IMG/VR virus record: IMGVR_UViG_3300045988_113289
Location: 1 to 13,719 of that record
Length of the DNA: 13,719 bases
Direction: 5' to 3' (one strand)
Source of the DNA: a virus
Shown: piece by piece, positions 1 to 7,547 of the stretch
Layout of the letters: each line of letters begins with the position of its first letter
How positions within the stretch are numbered: position 1 is the stretch's first letter
Translations under genes and position numbers: made by a program
The notes under the pieces: model-generated
Seen by the model: only the letters and a program-made list of their open reading frames with translations
Database searches by the model: none
Told to the model about the DNA's origin: nothing

Positions 1-55
1 GCTATTATATACAATGTAGAGAGGAAGGAAAACCTCACAAAACCAGAAAGGGAAA
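1..55. repeat. Left inverted terminal repeat (ITR), 55 bp
   Basis: Bases 1-55 (GCTATTATATACAATGTAGAGAGGAAGGAAAACCTCACAAAACCAGAAAGGGAAA) are the exact reverse complement of 13665-13719. Identity ends at base 56. A protein-primed polB is encoded in the same window. Confidence 0.95.
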
Positions 56-59
56 TACC

Positions 60-281
60 ATGAAGACCGCTTATTTCGAACGCCGTGCCATTAACCAGCT
101 GAACCATGACAGCATCTACGACACTGCCAGTTATCGTTACTTTATGGAGGAAGATGCTGTGTACCGCCTTAATCGTGATTACCTTGGCACAACTGTCGCC
201 TTGTCCCACAAAAGCGACAGCAACCCTAACGGCTGGGAACTGGTCGAAATCCGTGTGAAGGGGATGAAGAAGAATGTCTGA
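60..281 (+). CDS. Hypothetical small protein (73 aa), first gene of the left arm
   Basis: ORF starts 4 nt after the ITR. The weak SD AAGGGAAA lies inside the ITR. 8-nt ATGTCTGA overlap with the next gene. No recognisable motif. Confidence 0.6.
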   Translation: MKTAYFERRAINQLNHDSIYDTASYRYFMEEDAVYRLNRDYLGTTVALSHKSDSNPNGWELVEIRVKGMKKNV

Positions 282-477
282 TTTCCGGTTTGTGGCTGTA
301 CAGTATCTCCGTGCTCAAACGCTAACCCAAATAACAGATTTAACTCGTAGAAGCTACAAGGGTTACACCGCAGAGGAGCGTGAAGCCCTGAAGCTCATTG
401 CCCGTGTTGTCGCCCGCGAATTGCTTGAAAAGCGAAAGGCTGAACGTTTGAATGAAGCAAGTAAAGCTAACACGTGA
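274..477 (+). CDS. Hypothetical small helical, basic protein (67 aa)
   Basis: ATG at 274 overlaps the upstream stop (ATGTCTGA). GGGGA lies upstream. Predicted helical, Arg/Lys/Glu-rich C-terminus. Confidence 0.55.
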   Translation: MSDFRFVAVQYLRAQTLTQITDLTRRSYKGYTAEEREALKLIARVVARELLEKRKAERLNEASKANT

Positions 478-649
478 ACAGATTAACGACTTGAATACTA
501 AGGGCTACACCTTTACAAGCTATTACTATTACTGGACAGTTTGGGAGGATACAAATATAGTAAACCGCATAACCCGTGCGGAATTTATGGCACGTTCAAT
601 TGCCGAACCGCTCCATGGGGTGGAGCAAGTACGAATTTATGAGAGGTGA
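452..649 (+). CDS. Hypothetical small protein (65 aa) with a YYYYW aromatic run
   Basis: ORF in the same orientation as the operon. Weak SD (AAAGG, 12 nt upstream). 26-nt overlap with the preceding gene. Confidence 0.45.
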   Translation: MKQVKLTREQINDLNTKGYTFTSYYYYWTVWEDTNIVNRITRAEFMARSIAEPLHGVEQVRIYER

Positions 650-653
650 TTAC

Positions 654-872
654 ATGGAGATTAGGGCATTAATTTTGTGGGAAGATGGCGTATTTACACT
701 TAATGATATGAGCGGCGAAGGCGGGATTAATGAGGCGGAACAACTTTGCCGCGCCCTCATTAGTCACGAAGGAGATGACCCGCGTTATGTAGCAAAAGAA
801 ATACAGCTTTTTACAGTAAATGGTCGTGTGATAAAAAGAGTGTATAATGGGAGGAAATCAGATGAACGCTAA
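654..872 (+). CDS. Hypothetical small protein (72 aa)
   Basis: GAGAGGTGA SD lies 4 nt upstream of ATG 654. The longer 576 start overlaps the previous gene and has no SD. Confidence 0.6.
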   Translation: MEIRALILWEDGVFTLNDMSGEGGINEAEQLCRALISHEGDDPRYVAKEIQLFTVNGRVIKRVYNGRKSDER

Positions 873-1107
873 TTACATCCTTGTTCGTCTCGATTCTGAC
901 GGAAACGAACTGCTTGCAAAAGCAGGCGGCAAAACCCGCTTCCAGTTTTTCAGCCGGACGACGGCGGTTAAGGCTATGGAGATGGCAATCGAGTGTAACC
1001 CCGATGTACATTACACAAAATTGTATCGTAGACACCGGGCGGGCGGTTATCGTTGGGTGGCATCCCGTTTCCGGGATGGTTCGCACTTATCCACATGGGG
1101 TGAATAA
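862..1107 (+). CDS. Hypothetical small basic protein (81 aa)
   Basis: GGGAGG SD lies 7 nt upstream of ATG 862 and is preferred over ATG 847. The stop is followed immediately by the terminator hairpin. Confidence 0.6.
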   Translation: MNANYILVRLDSDGNELLAKAGGKTRFQFFSRTTAVKAMEMAIECNPDVHYTKLYRRHRAGGYRWVASRFRDGSHLSTWGE

Positions 1108-1108
1108 G

Positions 1109-1145
1109 AATAAGAGGAGGGCACTGCCCTCCTCTTATTTTATAC
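1109..1145. terminator. Bidirectional rho-independent terminator between the convergent left-arm and late operons
   Basis: Perfect stem AAGAGGAGGGC (1112-1122) / GCCCTCCTCTT (1126-1136), extendable to 1109-1139, with a 3-nt loop. Flanked by ATTTTAT on + and TATTCTTATT on -. It sits between stop 1107 (+) and stop 1140 (-). Confidence 0.85.
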
Positions 1146-2594
1146 ACCAACAGCAATCCAGTCTACCGCGAACTGCTCGTGTGTGGATGTCCCAGATAGC
1201 CGGATTTTTGCAGAACTTGTTGTTTTTGCAAAAATCAGCTGTGAACGTGTTACGCTGTCCGCTGTTGCGCCCGTGTTGGAAAAGGTTGCTACCACCGTGG
1301 GAATCTCTGTAAATCCTGCGGCAGTATAATCAATCACGCTGTCTTGGTCTTGGTATGCCAGCACGTTGCCCCTTGCAATTTTTGGCATATTCTGGAATTT
1401 AGAAATAGCAGTTTCCAAATCAGATAGCCGGGAATTTATAGGGGCTTTATCGGTGGGGTACTCTGAGGTGCCATTGATAGCAGTCCGATTATTACAGCTC
1501 CAATTATAGGCCGGATTGATTCTGAGTGCCATTGGCACATTTTCTGACCAAATGCCGATAGTATCCCACAATGTATTATATTTCGATTCTGCCGGTCTCG
1601 TGCCGATTTTTTCCAGTGCGGAAGAAGCAGTAGAAGCAGCCGTTGTCGCGGTTGACTTGGCAATAGCGGCATTATTGTCTGCCGTTTCCGCCTTGGTATA
1701 TGCATCTTGCACTTCCGCCTCTACGTTAGCCAATTCTGTTGCAAGCTGTCCAGTTTTTTCATCCACATAGGAGGTGGTTGCGTACTGTTCCCCGCCGCTA
1801 TTTCCCGCCACAAATACAAATGTACGAACTCTTACGCGCATATAGTCAGCGGTTGTTGCATCCTTACAATTAGCTTCCAACACATAATTGTTGTACTTTG
1901 CGCCCACCTTTGTAATTAGCGGAGAACACAGAAGAATAATGTTGTCAGAATTTCCAATATCTGTTGAAACTGCCGTTTCTCGTTCCGCAATAGCAAAGTC
2001 AAATTCTGGAACTGTTGACGCGGGCTTGAATCGTGTTCCGCGCGCTGTGCCTTTAGGAATCGCAATAAAGCCTGTGCTGTTTTGCTTTACAAGGCTTCCC
2101 GGTTTCAGCGCGTCCTCAATCGTGTTAAGACGTGCTTGAATTGTTCCCTTAGTAATATCATACACACCATTAGTTCCAGCGATAGAACGTCGATTTTCTT
2201 TTTCCTCCGTCTGCACTTGGAGCAATTTGCCGCCGATTGCCTGAGTTGCGGAATAATCTCCGATAGCACTCCAAACGCTGGTGAAATTAGGCACATTCTG
2301 TTTCACGCCTATGTTCTTTTCAGCCTCAAACATTCTTCCATTAAGACCGCTGATGCTTGTCGTGTGCGCTGTAATTTGGTTTTGCAGTTCTTGGTCAGCG
2401 GTTGTTCGCGCTGAGCGTTCGCCAGAAATTTTTTCGTCAAGTAGTGCATCTTGTTCGTCCACATATTTTTTACTAACGCTTCCGCTCTGTTCCAGCGCGT
2501 CCACTCTGCCATCAAGTTCTTTAATGGACTTATACGCCCAGTCCAGATTTTCCTCATGGAAATTTGTAAACGGGAATTGTTCCCAAATGCCCAT
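1140..2594 (-). CDS. Tail fibre / receptor-binding appendage (484 aa) with coiled-coil segments and two repeated modules
   Basis: Last gene of the structural operon. AGGAGGTG SD lies 6 nt upstream of the ATG. Has an Ala/Thr/Ser/Glu-rich heptad-like stretch. The C-terminal beta-rich domain ends in WIAVG, an H-type-lectin-like pattern. The internal duplication is described in findings. Confidence 0.6.
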   Translation of the reverse strand: MGIWEQFPFTNFHEENLDWAYKSIKELDGRVDALEQSGSVSKKYVDEQDALLDEKISGERSARTTADQELQNQITAHTTSISGLNGRMFEAEKNIGVKQNVPNFTSVWSAIGDYSATQAIGGKLLQVQTEEKENRRSIAGTNGVYDITKGTIQARLNTIEDALKPGSLVKQNSTGFIAIPKGTARGTRFKPASTVPEFDFAIAERETAVSTDIGNSDNIILLCSPLITKVGAKYNNYVLEANCKDATTADYMRVRVRTFVFVAGNSGGEQYATTSYVDEKTGQLATELANVEAEVQDAYTKAETADNNAAIAKSTATTAASTASSALEKIGTRPAESKYNTLWDTIGIWSENVPMALRINPAYNWSCNNRTAINGTSEYPTDKAPINSRLSDLETAISKFQNMPKIARGNVLAYQDQDSVIDYTAAGFTEIPTVVATFSNTGATADSVTRSQLIFAKTTSSAKIRLSGTSTHEQFAVDWIAVGV

Positions 2595-2609
2595 ATTTTA
2601 CACCTCCTA

Positions 2610-3203
2610 TTAGTACACCCAAATTAGAAAACGCCGCTGGAAATCCCTTACAACTGTATCATAGAAATTGAACATTGCTACACGTCGTTCGCTTTCCAAC
2701 ATTTCCTGCGTGGTAGTCACGCCGATGTTACCATGTGCGCGGCCTTTTCGGGTTCCGGCGCTTGTGCCTGTTCCGGCACTGTCGCTTGTGTCCACGCCGG
2801 TGCTGGTGCTGGTGCTTGCGTTATTGTCAGATGGTGTTTGTAAATCGTTGTAACCATATACTTGTTCTTTTGTTGTGCCGCTGGAAGTGTTATTAGCAGA
2901 ATTTGTATAGTGGGATGTGTTTGTGCTATTATCCTCCCATTCTTCCGTTCTGTCATAATTTTCTATCGGATTGTATTCAGCCGCCAGCGTTTCTGACAAA
3001 TGTTTCCATGTATACTGTGACACGTTGCTCCATGTGGAAATAAGCGATTTAATTAGAGGCGGCGACGAATACAGCACAGGCATTTCCCCGCATTGCATCA
3101 GCAGAGTGTTTACAAAATCTTGCACCGATAGATTAGCGGGAAATTCTACGCCCTCGAAAATGGAGGGGTCGAAATTATACATTGTCGCCAGCTTCACGCT
3201 CAA
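2610..3203 (-). CDS. Putative lower collar / head-tail adaptor protein (phi29 gp11 position), about 197 aa
   Basis: Lies directly after the portal gene. Contains the YNPIENYDR...HGNIGVTTTQEM pattern and an Asn/Ser/Thr-rich middle. Start chosen as TTG 3203, 5 nt after GGAGGTGA. ATG 3182 (ATGTATAA overlap with the portal stop) is an alternative. GTG 3251 has no SD. Confidence 0.5.
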   Translation of the reverse strand: MSVKLATMYNFDPSIFEGVEFPANLSVQDFVNTLLMQCGEMPVLYSSPPLIKSLISTWSNVSQYTWKHLSETLAAEYNPIENYDRTEEWEDNSTNTSHYTNSANNTSSGTTKEQVYGYNDLQTPSDNNASTSTSTGVDTSDSAGTGTSAGTRKGRAHGNIGVTTTQEMLESERRVAMFNFYDTVVRDFQRRFLIWVY

Positions 3204-4101
3204 TTTTGTCACCTCCGTTCGTGTCATGGTCAATCGGGTAGCGGCGCTCACAAGTGATTGTGATACCGTATGCGGACTTTACCTGTTTGATACAATCCTG
3301 TATCGTATCATACCATTGTGCAACAATGCTATCTGTTTCTACGTCATTCCGTTCTGCTTCTGCCGTAATCAACCGTTCTTTTTTGTCAACGTTACAAGAG
3401 GGGATACCGACACGAGTGTCAAATTCTGCTTCAATTTGCCTCATGTTGGAAAGAATACGGTCTGCGATATAGTTTTGTCCTACGTTTTGCGCAAACGGCG
3501 CCCATGTAGGCGTCCCGTCGTCGCGGAATAAATCCTTATCAACCCACACCGCAAGTTCGCCAGATGTTACCCTATCCATTAGTGCCTTGCCTGTTTGAGC
3601 GGCATTTTTTGAACCACACGCAAACACATAGGATAATTTAGAATTCATTATGTTCATTGCAAGAGATTCGACCGACGTAGCTAACAAGTCCGCATAGTAA
3701 TTCACAAGGTCAAGTGCCCCATGATAATCACGCTGAAGTCGGAAAAGCACACAATCTTTGCCAATCTCCAGATTCATAGGCGGCAAAAGTGGGTTCTCGA
3801 CCATTACGGTTGTCGGCTGATAAAATACATTGTATCCATACAGCGCGCCGGCTTGTGGAATCACGCCGAATTTCCGGCTGTTGAAAATAGCCACACTTCC
3901 CCAGCCGTACAAGCAACCGAGAAAATAAGTATCACTCCAATCTTCCGGAAATTTCCACTTGAATTGACTTGTAAGTTTCTGGAATAAGTACCGCTGGTAG
4001 TACTGGAAAAGTGCTGTATTTTTTGTGTGGCAAGTAGAGGGGGAAATACTCGATTCGTATGCGTTCACATAATTGTAGTCAAAAGGGGGATTATTAGCCA
4101 T
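3175..4101 (-). CDS. Portal / upper collar connector protein (phi29 gp10-like), 308 aa
   Basis: NVDKKERLITAEAERNDVETDS closely parallels phi29 gp10 [22 protein letters not shown]. The size (308 aa) matches gp10 (309 aa). GAAGGTGA SD lies 5 nt before ATG 4101. 8-nt ATGGCTAA overlap with the upstream stop. Confidence 0.88.
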   Translation of the reverse strand: MANNPPFDYNYVNAYESSISPSTCHTKNTALFQYYQRYLFQKLTSQFKWKFPEDWSDTYFLGCLYGWGSVAIFNSRKFGVIPQAGALYGYNVFYQPTTVMVENPLLPPMNLEIGKDCVLFRLQRDYHGALDLVNYYADLLATSVESLAMNIMNSKLSYVFACGSKNAAQTGKALMDRVTSGELAVWVDKDLFRDDGTPTWAPFAQNVGQNYIADRILSNMRQIEAEFDTRVGIPSCNVDKKERLITAEAERNDVETDSIVAQWYDTIQDCIKQVKSAYGITITCERRYPIDHDTNGGDKIEREAGDNV

Positions 4102-5608
4102 CAGATTCACCTTCTTCAATAAAAAATCCATTTGACAGGTACGAAGTTAATGCAGCGATTTCCGGTTGTGTCGCAAGAACGGTATCAATATCGGGGCGCA
4201 TAACAGTAGTAAATCCTGATAGGGTAGATAGCTTTAATTTTTTACAGCATGGAGTTCCTAAATCCTCATTGTCAGCCGAAACAATATTTGCAAACTGATA
4301 GCAAAGCGCTGGAGTTGCTCTATAATCAGCTATGCCGCCATTCTGCCCCTTAACAGATAATTCCGCGTTTGCCGCTAACGCCGCTGAACCGACATTGGAA
4401 AAATCTCCTGTTGCAACGCCTTGAATCAGCCCTGTTAGAGCGCCCTGCGCCGTTGGGGATGAAAGTAGTGCGGAAGAAGCTCCTAATGCCGCGCCTACTT
4501 TACCGCCAGTCATTGCCCCCTGTGTAATCGAGCCGACAATGTTTTGGACATCTGACAGAATCGACTTTGCCACGGTTTGCTGTGCCAACTGTATATCAAC
4601 GCCAATATTACAATCAGCAGAATATATAAGTGGCGCACCACTTCCTTGCCCGTTTATTTGTAGGTGACCGATTCCAGATATACAGTCAATCCTAACAAAC
4701 ACGTCAAGTTTGCGGTTTGCAGTGAATTTTGATGGGTCGATGGGGATTACTCCAAATGGAGGAAACAAAAAATAAAAATTTGAATATGGCCTGAAATCGA
4801 GCCATTTTCCGCGTGCAATTTGCGGATGCGTAGGAATATCAATTGTGAATTGTTTTACAATAACTGCAGAGGATGCAAGTTTTGATGCGCTTCCACCTGT
4901 GAAATCCCAACCAGAAACGGAAATTGTGTGGACTTCTCCCGCAGTCGGCGGTTTTTCAGGAAACCATTTACATGAAACGATATATTGAAAAGGGTTTATG
5001 ATGGCTCTCGAAAGCTCCTGTGAAATTTCTGTAGCGCTTATTCCCATGTATGCATAATCTGTCATCAGCGCAGAACGTAATCCCGCGAACTGGGCGTTTG
5101 ACATGACATAATAAGATACACATCCTACTGTGTCAGTAGCTTTATTTATAATCCCCAAAACATAATAGCCTGTTGACAGAGAATCAAAACTCCATCCAGT
5201 CGCAAGGGAATATCCGTGTGAAATATTTGATGTTACTGGATATAGAGGATCGACTATTGACAAGTCCCCTGCACTTGCGGAACGCAGTATATATTGCTCT
5301 GTTTCCTTTAGCGTCGCCCAATAGGAAGCCAGAACGTCACACGCCAGCGTGTACACCACACGGTTTTGAACAAAAGTAATATCAGTGACGAAATAATATC
5401 TGTGAAAATAAGGAATGTAGGCGTAATTATAAGAAGAGGGCGAAAGAAGCCCGTTCGGGAAAATGAGCGTAATTTGGGGGGCAATTGCGCTGGTGCTTTC
5501 TTTAAGTACGCAATCAGTAAAAAATGATAATTGTCCTTCCGCATCTTTTTGAGTAGGAGTTTTAGTCGAATTTATCCGTTTACGGAAAGCATAAAACCGA
5601 ACCTGCAT
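4094..5608 (-). CDS. Tail knob / distal tube protein (phi29 gp9-like), 504 aa
   Basis: N-terminal pattern NYAYIPYFHRYYFVTDITFVQNRVVYTLACDVLASYW resembles gp9 ...KWFYAFVTELEFKN..FEIDVLQTW. Lies upstream of the portal as in phi29. GGAGGTGA SD lies 4 nt before ATG 5608. The Gly/Ala-rich segment lies at about 70-84% of the protein length. Confidence 0.65.
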   Translation of the reverse strand: MQVRFYAFRKRINSTKTPTQKDAEGQLSFFTDCVLKESTSAIAPQITLIFPNGLLSPSSYNYAYIPYFHRYYFVTDITFVQNRVVYTLACDVLASYWATLKETEQYILRSASAGDLSIVDPLYPVTSNISHGYSLATGWSFDSLSTGYYVLGIINKATDTVGCVSYYVMSNAQFAGLRSALMTDYAYMGISATEISQELSRAIINPFQYIVSCKWFPEKPPTAGEVHTISVSGWDFTGGSASKLASSAVIVKQFTIDIPTHPQIARGKWLDFRPYSNFYFLFPPFGVIPIDPSKFTANRKLDVFVRIDCISGIGHLQINGQGSGAPLIYSADCNIGVDIQLAQQTVAKSILSDVQNIVGSITQGAMTGGKVGAALGASSALLSSPTAQGALTGLIQGVATGDFSNVGSAALAANAELSVKGQNGGIADYRATPALCYQFANIVSADNEDLGTPCCKKLKLSTLSGFTTVMRPDIDTVLATQPEIAALTSYLSNGFFIEEGESDG

Positions 5609-5612
5609 GCTC

Positions 5613-6353
5613 TCACCTCCATTTATTAGCCGCCTTGCAGATAAACCAGATAGGCAAGCTATCAAGATTTATTTTTTGTAATTTATCATACCAATAATTT
5701 GCCCATTGTATGCGGTATTTGGCAGTAGCTTCCCAGTCTGTAATAGCAGGCCTTTCGTAGCAGAGACAAAAACTTTTTGTCAATTGCTCAATATCTTTAC
5801 TATCAGAAAAGTAAAAATCTTGAAAGTCCGGGTATATAGTTCCCCCCTCCCACTGATAGTTGTGCTCAACCTCGTACATGATGCGCGCAATTTGGATACT
5901 ACCGTTATACCAACAGTCAAGCCCAGCATATGCGCCATTTGTACCAAATATTTCAAGCGCCCAATCAATATATTTGTCTGCGCCCGTCCATTGTACAAGC
6001 CCAAAACCGTATTTCTTTTCTGTGTTCTGTTTGTAATTATTTGGGTCAGGGCTTGGTGCATGACCGCCCTGCCACAATGCAGGATTAAGCGTAGATTCGC
6101 GGCACATATTGCCGAGAATTGCCGATATTTGGGGGATTTTCCAACCATTTTTATACAGCCCAGTTGCAATCAGCACCCCGTTAGTTTCGCTTTCAACTAC
6201 ATGATTCTGGTAAACGAAATAAGGTTTGTCATAAATCGAATAATACCAATATTCTGGAAGGCGAAACGGTTTATACCAGTGTGGGTAACGAGTGGCGCTC
6301 GAATCAACCGCAGGTATAATATAGTTGCCCGGCATTCTCAATCTTTCCGCCAC
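5613..6353 (-). CDS. Tail-associated peptidoglycan hydrolase (phage tail lysozyme family), 246 aa
   Basis: Motifs ILGNMCRESTLNP ... YGFGLVQWTG ... FCLCYERP match the GNxxxES / GxGxxQWT / YERP signature of phage tail lysozyme domains. GTG start lies 6 nt after AAAGGAGGGG. Embedded in the structural module. Confidence 0.7.
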   Translation of the reverse strand: MAERLRMPGNYIIPAVDSSATRYPHWYKPFRLPEYWYYSIYDKPYFVYQNHVVESETNGVLIATGLYKNGWKIPQISAILGNMCRESTLNPALWQGGHAPSPDPNNYKQNTEKKYGFGLVQWTGADKYIDWALEIFGTNGAYAGLDCWYNGSIQIARIMYEVEHNYQWEGGTIYPDFQDFYFSDSKDIEQLTKSFCLCYERPAITDWEATAKYRIQWANYWYDKLQKINLDSLPIWFICKAANKWR

Positions 6354-6371
6354 TCGTTACCCCTCCTTTAA

Positions 6372-7547
6372 TTAGTCCATCAGAATAACGACGCCCTTTT
6401 CCGTAAAGTCAATGGCGTGCCGCTCATTGTACTTCCAGAAAATATTGTAATATTCCCCCTTGGCATTCGGGGGCGTGACACGCTGTCGCGTCAAAATCGG
6501 GCTATATCCGAATGCGTCACGGTCACAAATAATGCCAAGAACATTCCCCTGATTTACATCATCCGTAGCCGTTGTAATGGTTCCATCCGCCGCAAGGTAT
6601 TGTGGCTTTACAACATTGATTTTCTGCGGGTCAGTCATAATCTGCCAGTAATTGACATATTCAACGTCACCTGCCAACTTCAGGAAATTGTCATGATATG
6701 TGTCCGCAAGCGCCATCATATCAGTCTGGTGCATAAACATAGAATTAAGATAAACACGCTGTTCCTGCTTCGGGGTGTGCTGTAGGAAAACACCATCAGA
6801 GGTGTTCGTCTGATAAAGACTGGAATATTCTGTCAACATATCGGACAAGTTAGCAAGGCGCGAAAACGCCCACTGGGTAAACGCCTTATAGTTTGCCGGT
6901 TGCATTACGGTAGTAGCAGTAAGTTTCAACCCGGTCGCGGCATTGTACTCCGTCAGCAGATGGATAACATCGGTTTTCTGTGCAATCTTGCCAGCGGCAA
7001 ACCCCGCGACAGTTGCACGTGCAGTTTCTTCGTGCGTCTTCTCGATTTTGTTATTCATGTTTGTCAAAATCATAGAAATAAACGCGCCGAAATCTTCCGC
7101 CGACCTGAAAGCCGTGTTCAACTGCGTTTCAAAAATAGTTTTTTCGTACTCGTACGCCTGCTGCCCGTAGAAGTTAAACTGCGCAACCTTAGGTTTGCGA
7201 ATCGTGTACTGGTCAACACTCTGCCCGTCTGCCAAGTCGCAATACGGGTTGTCGGTCAGGTCGTCCGGGTCGTCGATTGTCTTAATTTTCCGCACCCAGT
7301 TTCCCCACTGGTCGCCGGGAATACGCATCCCCTCAAACTTTGCTTTATAGGGCCGGCTGGAAAAAATTGTTCTCGAAAGAAGCTGAGAAATCGCGCTCAT
7401 AACAGGGTCAGCGCCAGTTTTGAGCGCCTTCTGACCGAGCGTCAAAAGTTGCTTCGTGTCGAGCGCGGCAGTGTCCTGCCCTGTCGCATCCTTTAGCACT
7501 GCTTTTAGCAGAGTGCTAATCTTATCAATTGTCAGCGTGTTAGCCAT
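6372..7547 (-). CDS. Major capsid protein (phi29 gp8-like HK97 fold, no BIG2 domain), 391 aa
   Basis: [23 protein letters not shown] parallels gp8 [37 protein letters not shown] parallels RNPRGLYWNYYYHVW. GGAGGTG SD present. Follows the scaffold-like gene with an 8-nt ATGGCTAA overlap. Confidence 0.85.
   Translation of the reverse strand: [391 protein letters not shown]

Noticed and set aside
60-281. Possible distant paralogy between the left-arm first protein (..NH..SYRYFMEEDAVYRLNRDY..SHK..NG) and the right-arm 76-aa protein at 13178-13408 (..NHGFRYYIENGRILYG..YDRLN..PHK..NG).
   Set aside because: Only a handful of short matches, requiring gaps, and both proteins are Tyr/Arg-rich. This cannot be separated from chance by eye and needs profile or structure comparison.
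576-861. Longer starts for left-arm genes 4 and 5 (ATG 576 and ATG 847).
   Set aside because: Internal ATGs at 654 and 862 have strong, correctly spaced SDs (GAGAGGTGA and GGGAGG), and using them removes long overlaps.
881-1312. 143-aa + strand ORF spanning the end of the left arm into the fibre gene.
   Set aside because: It crosses the bidirectional terminator, overlaps two better-supported genes and has no SD.
5706-6371. Long antisense ORFs: 5706-6371 (221 aa), 2971-3531 (186 aa), 6900-7496 (198 aa), 2281-2613, 1516-1770, 9751-10164, 12183-12584 and others.
   Set aside because: Each lies opposite a gene with clear family motifs. They have no SD, and their Cys/Phe/Leu-rich composition is typical of shadow ORFs.
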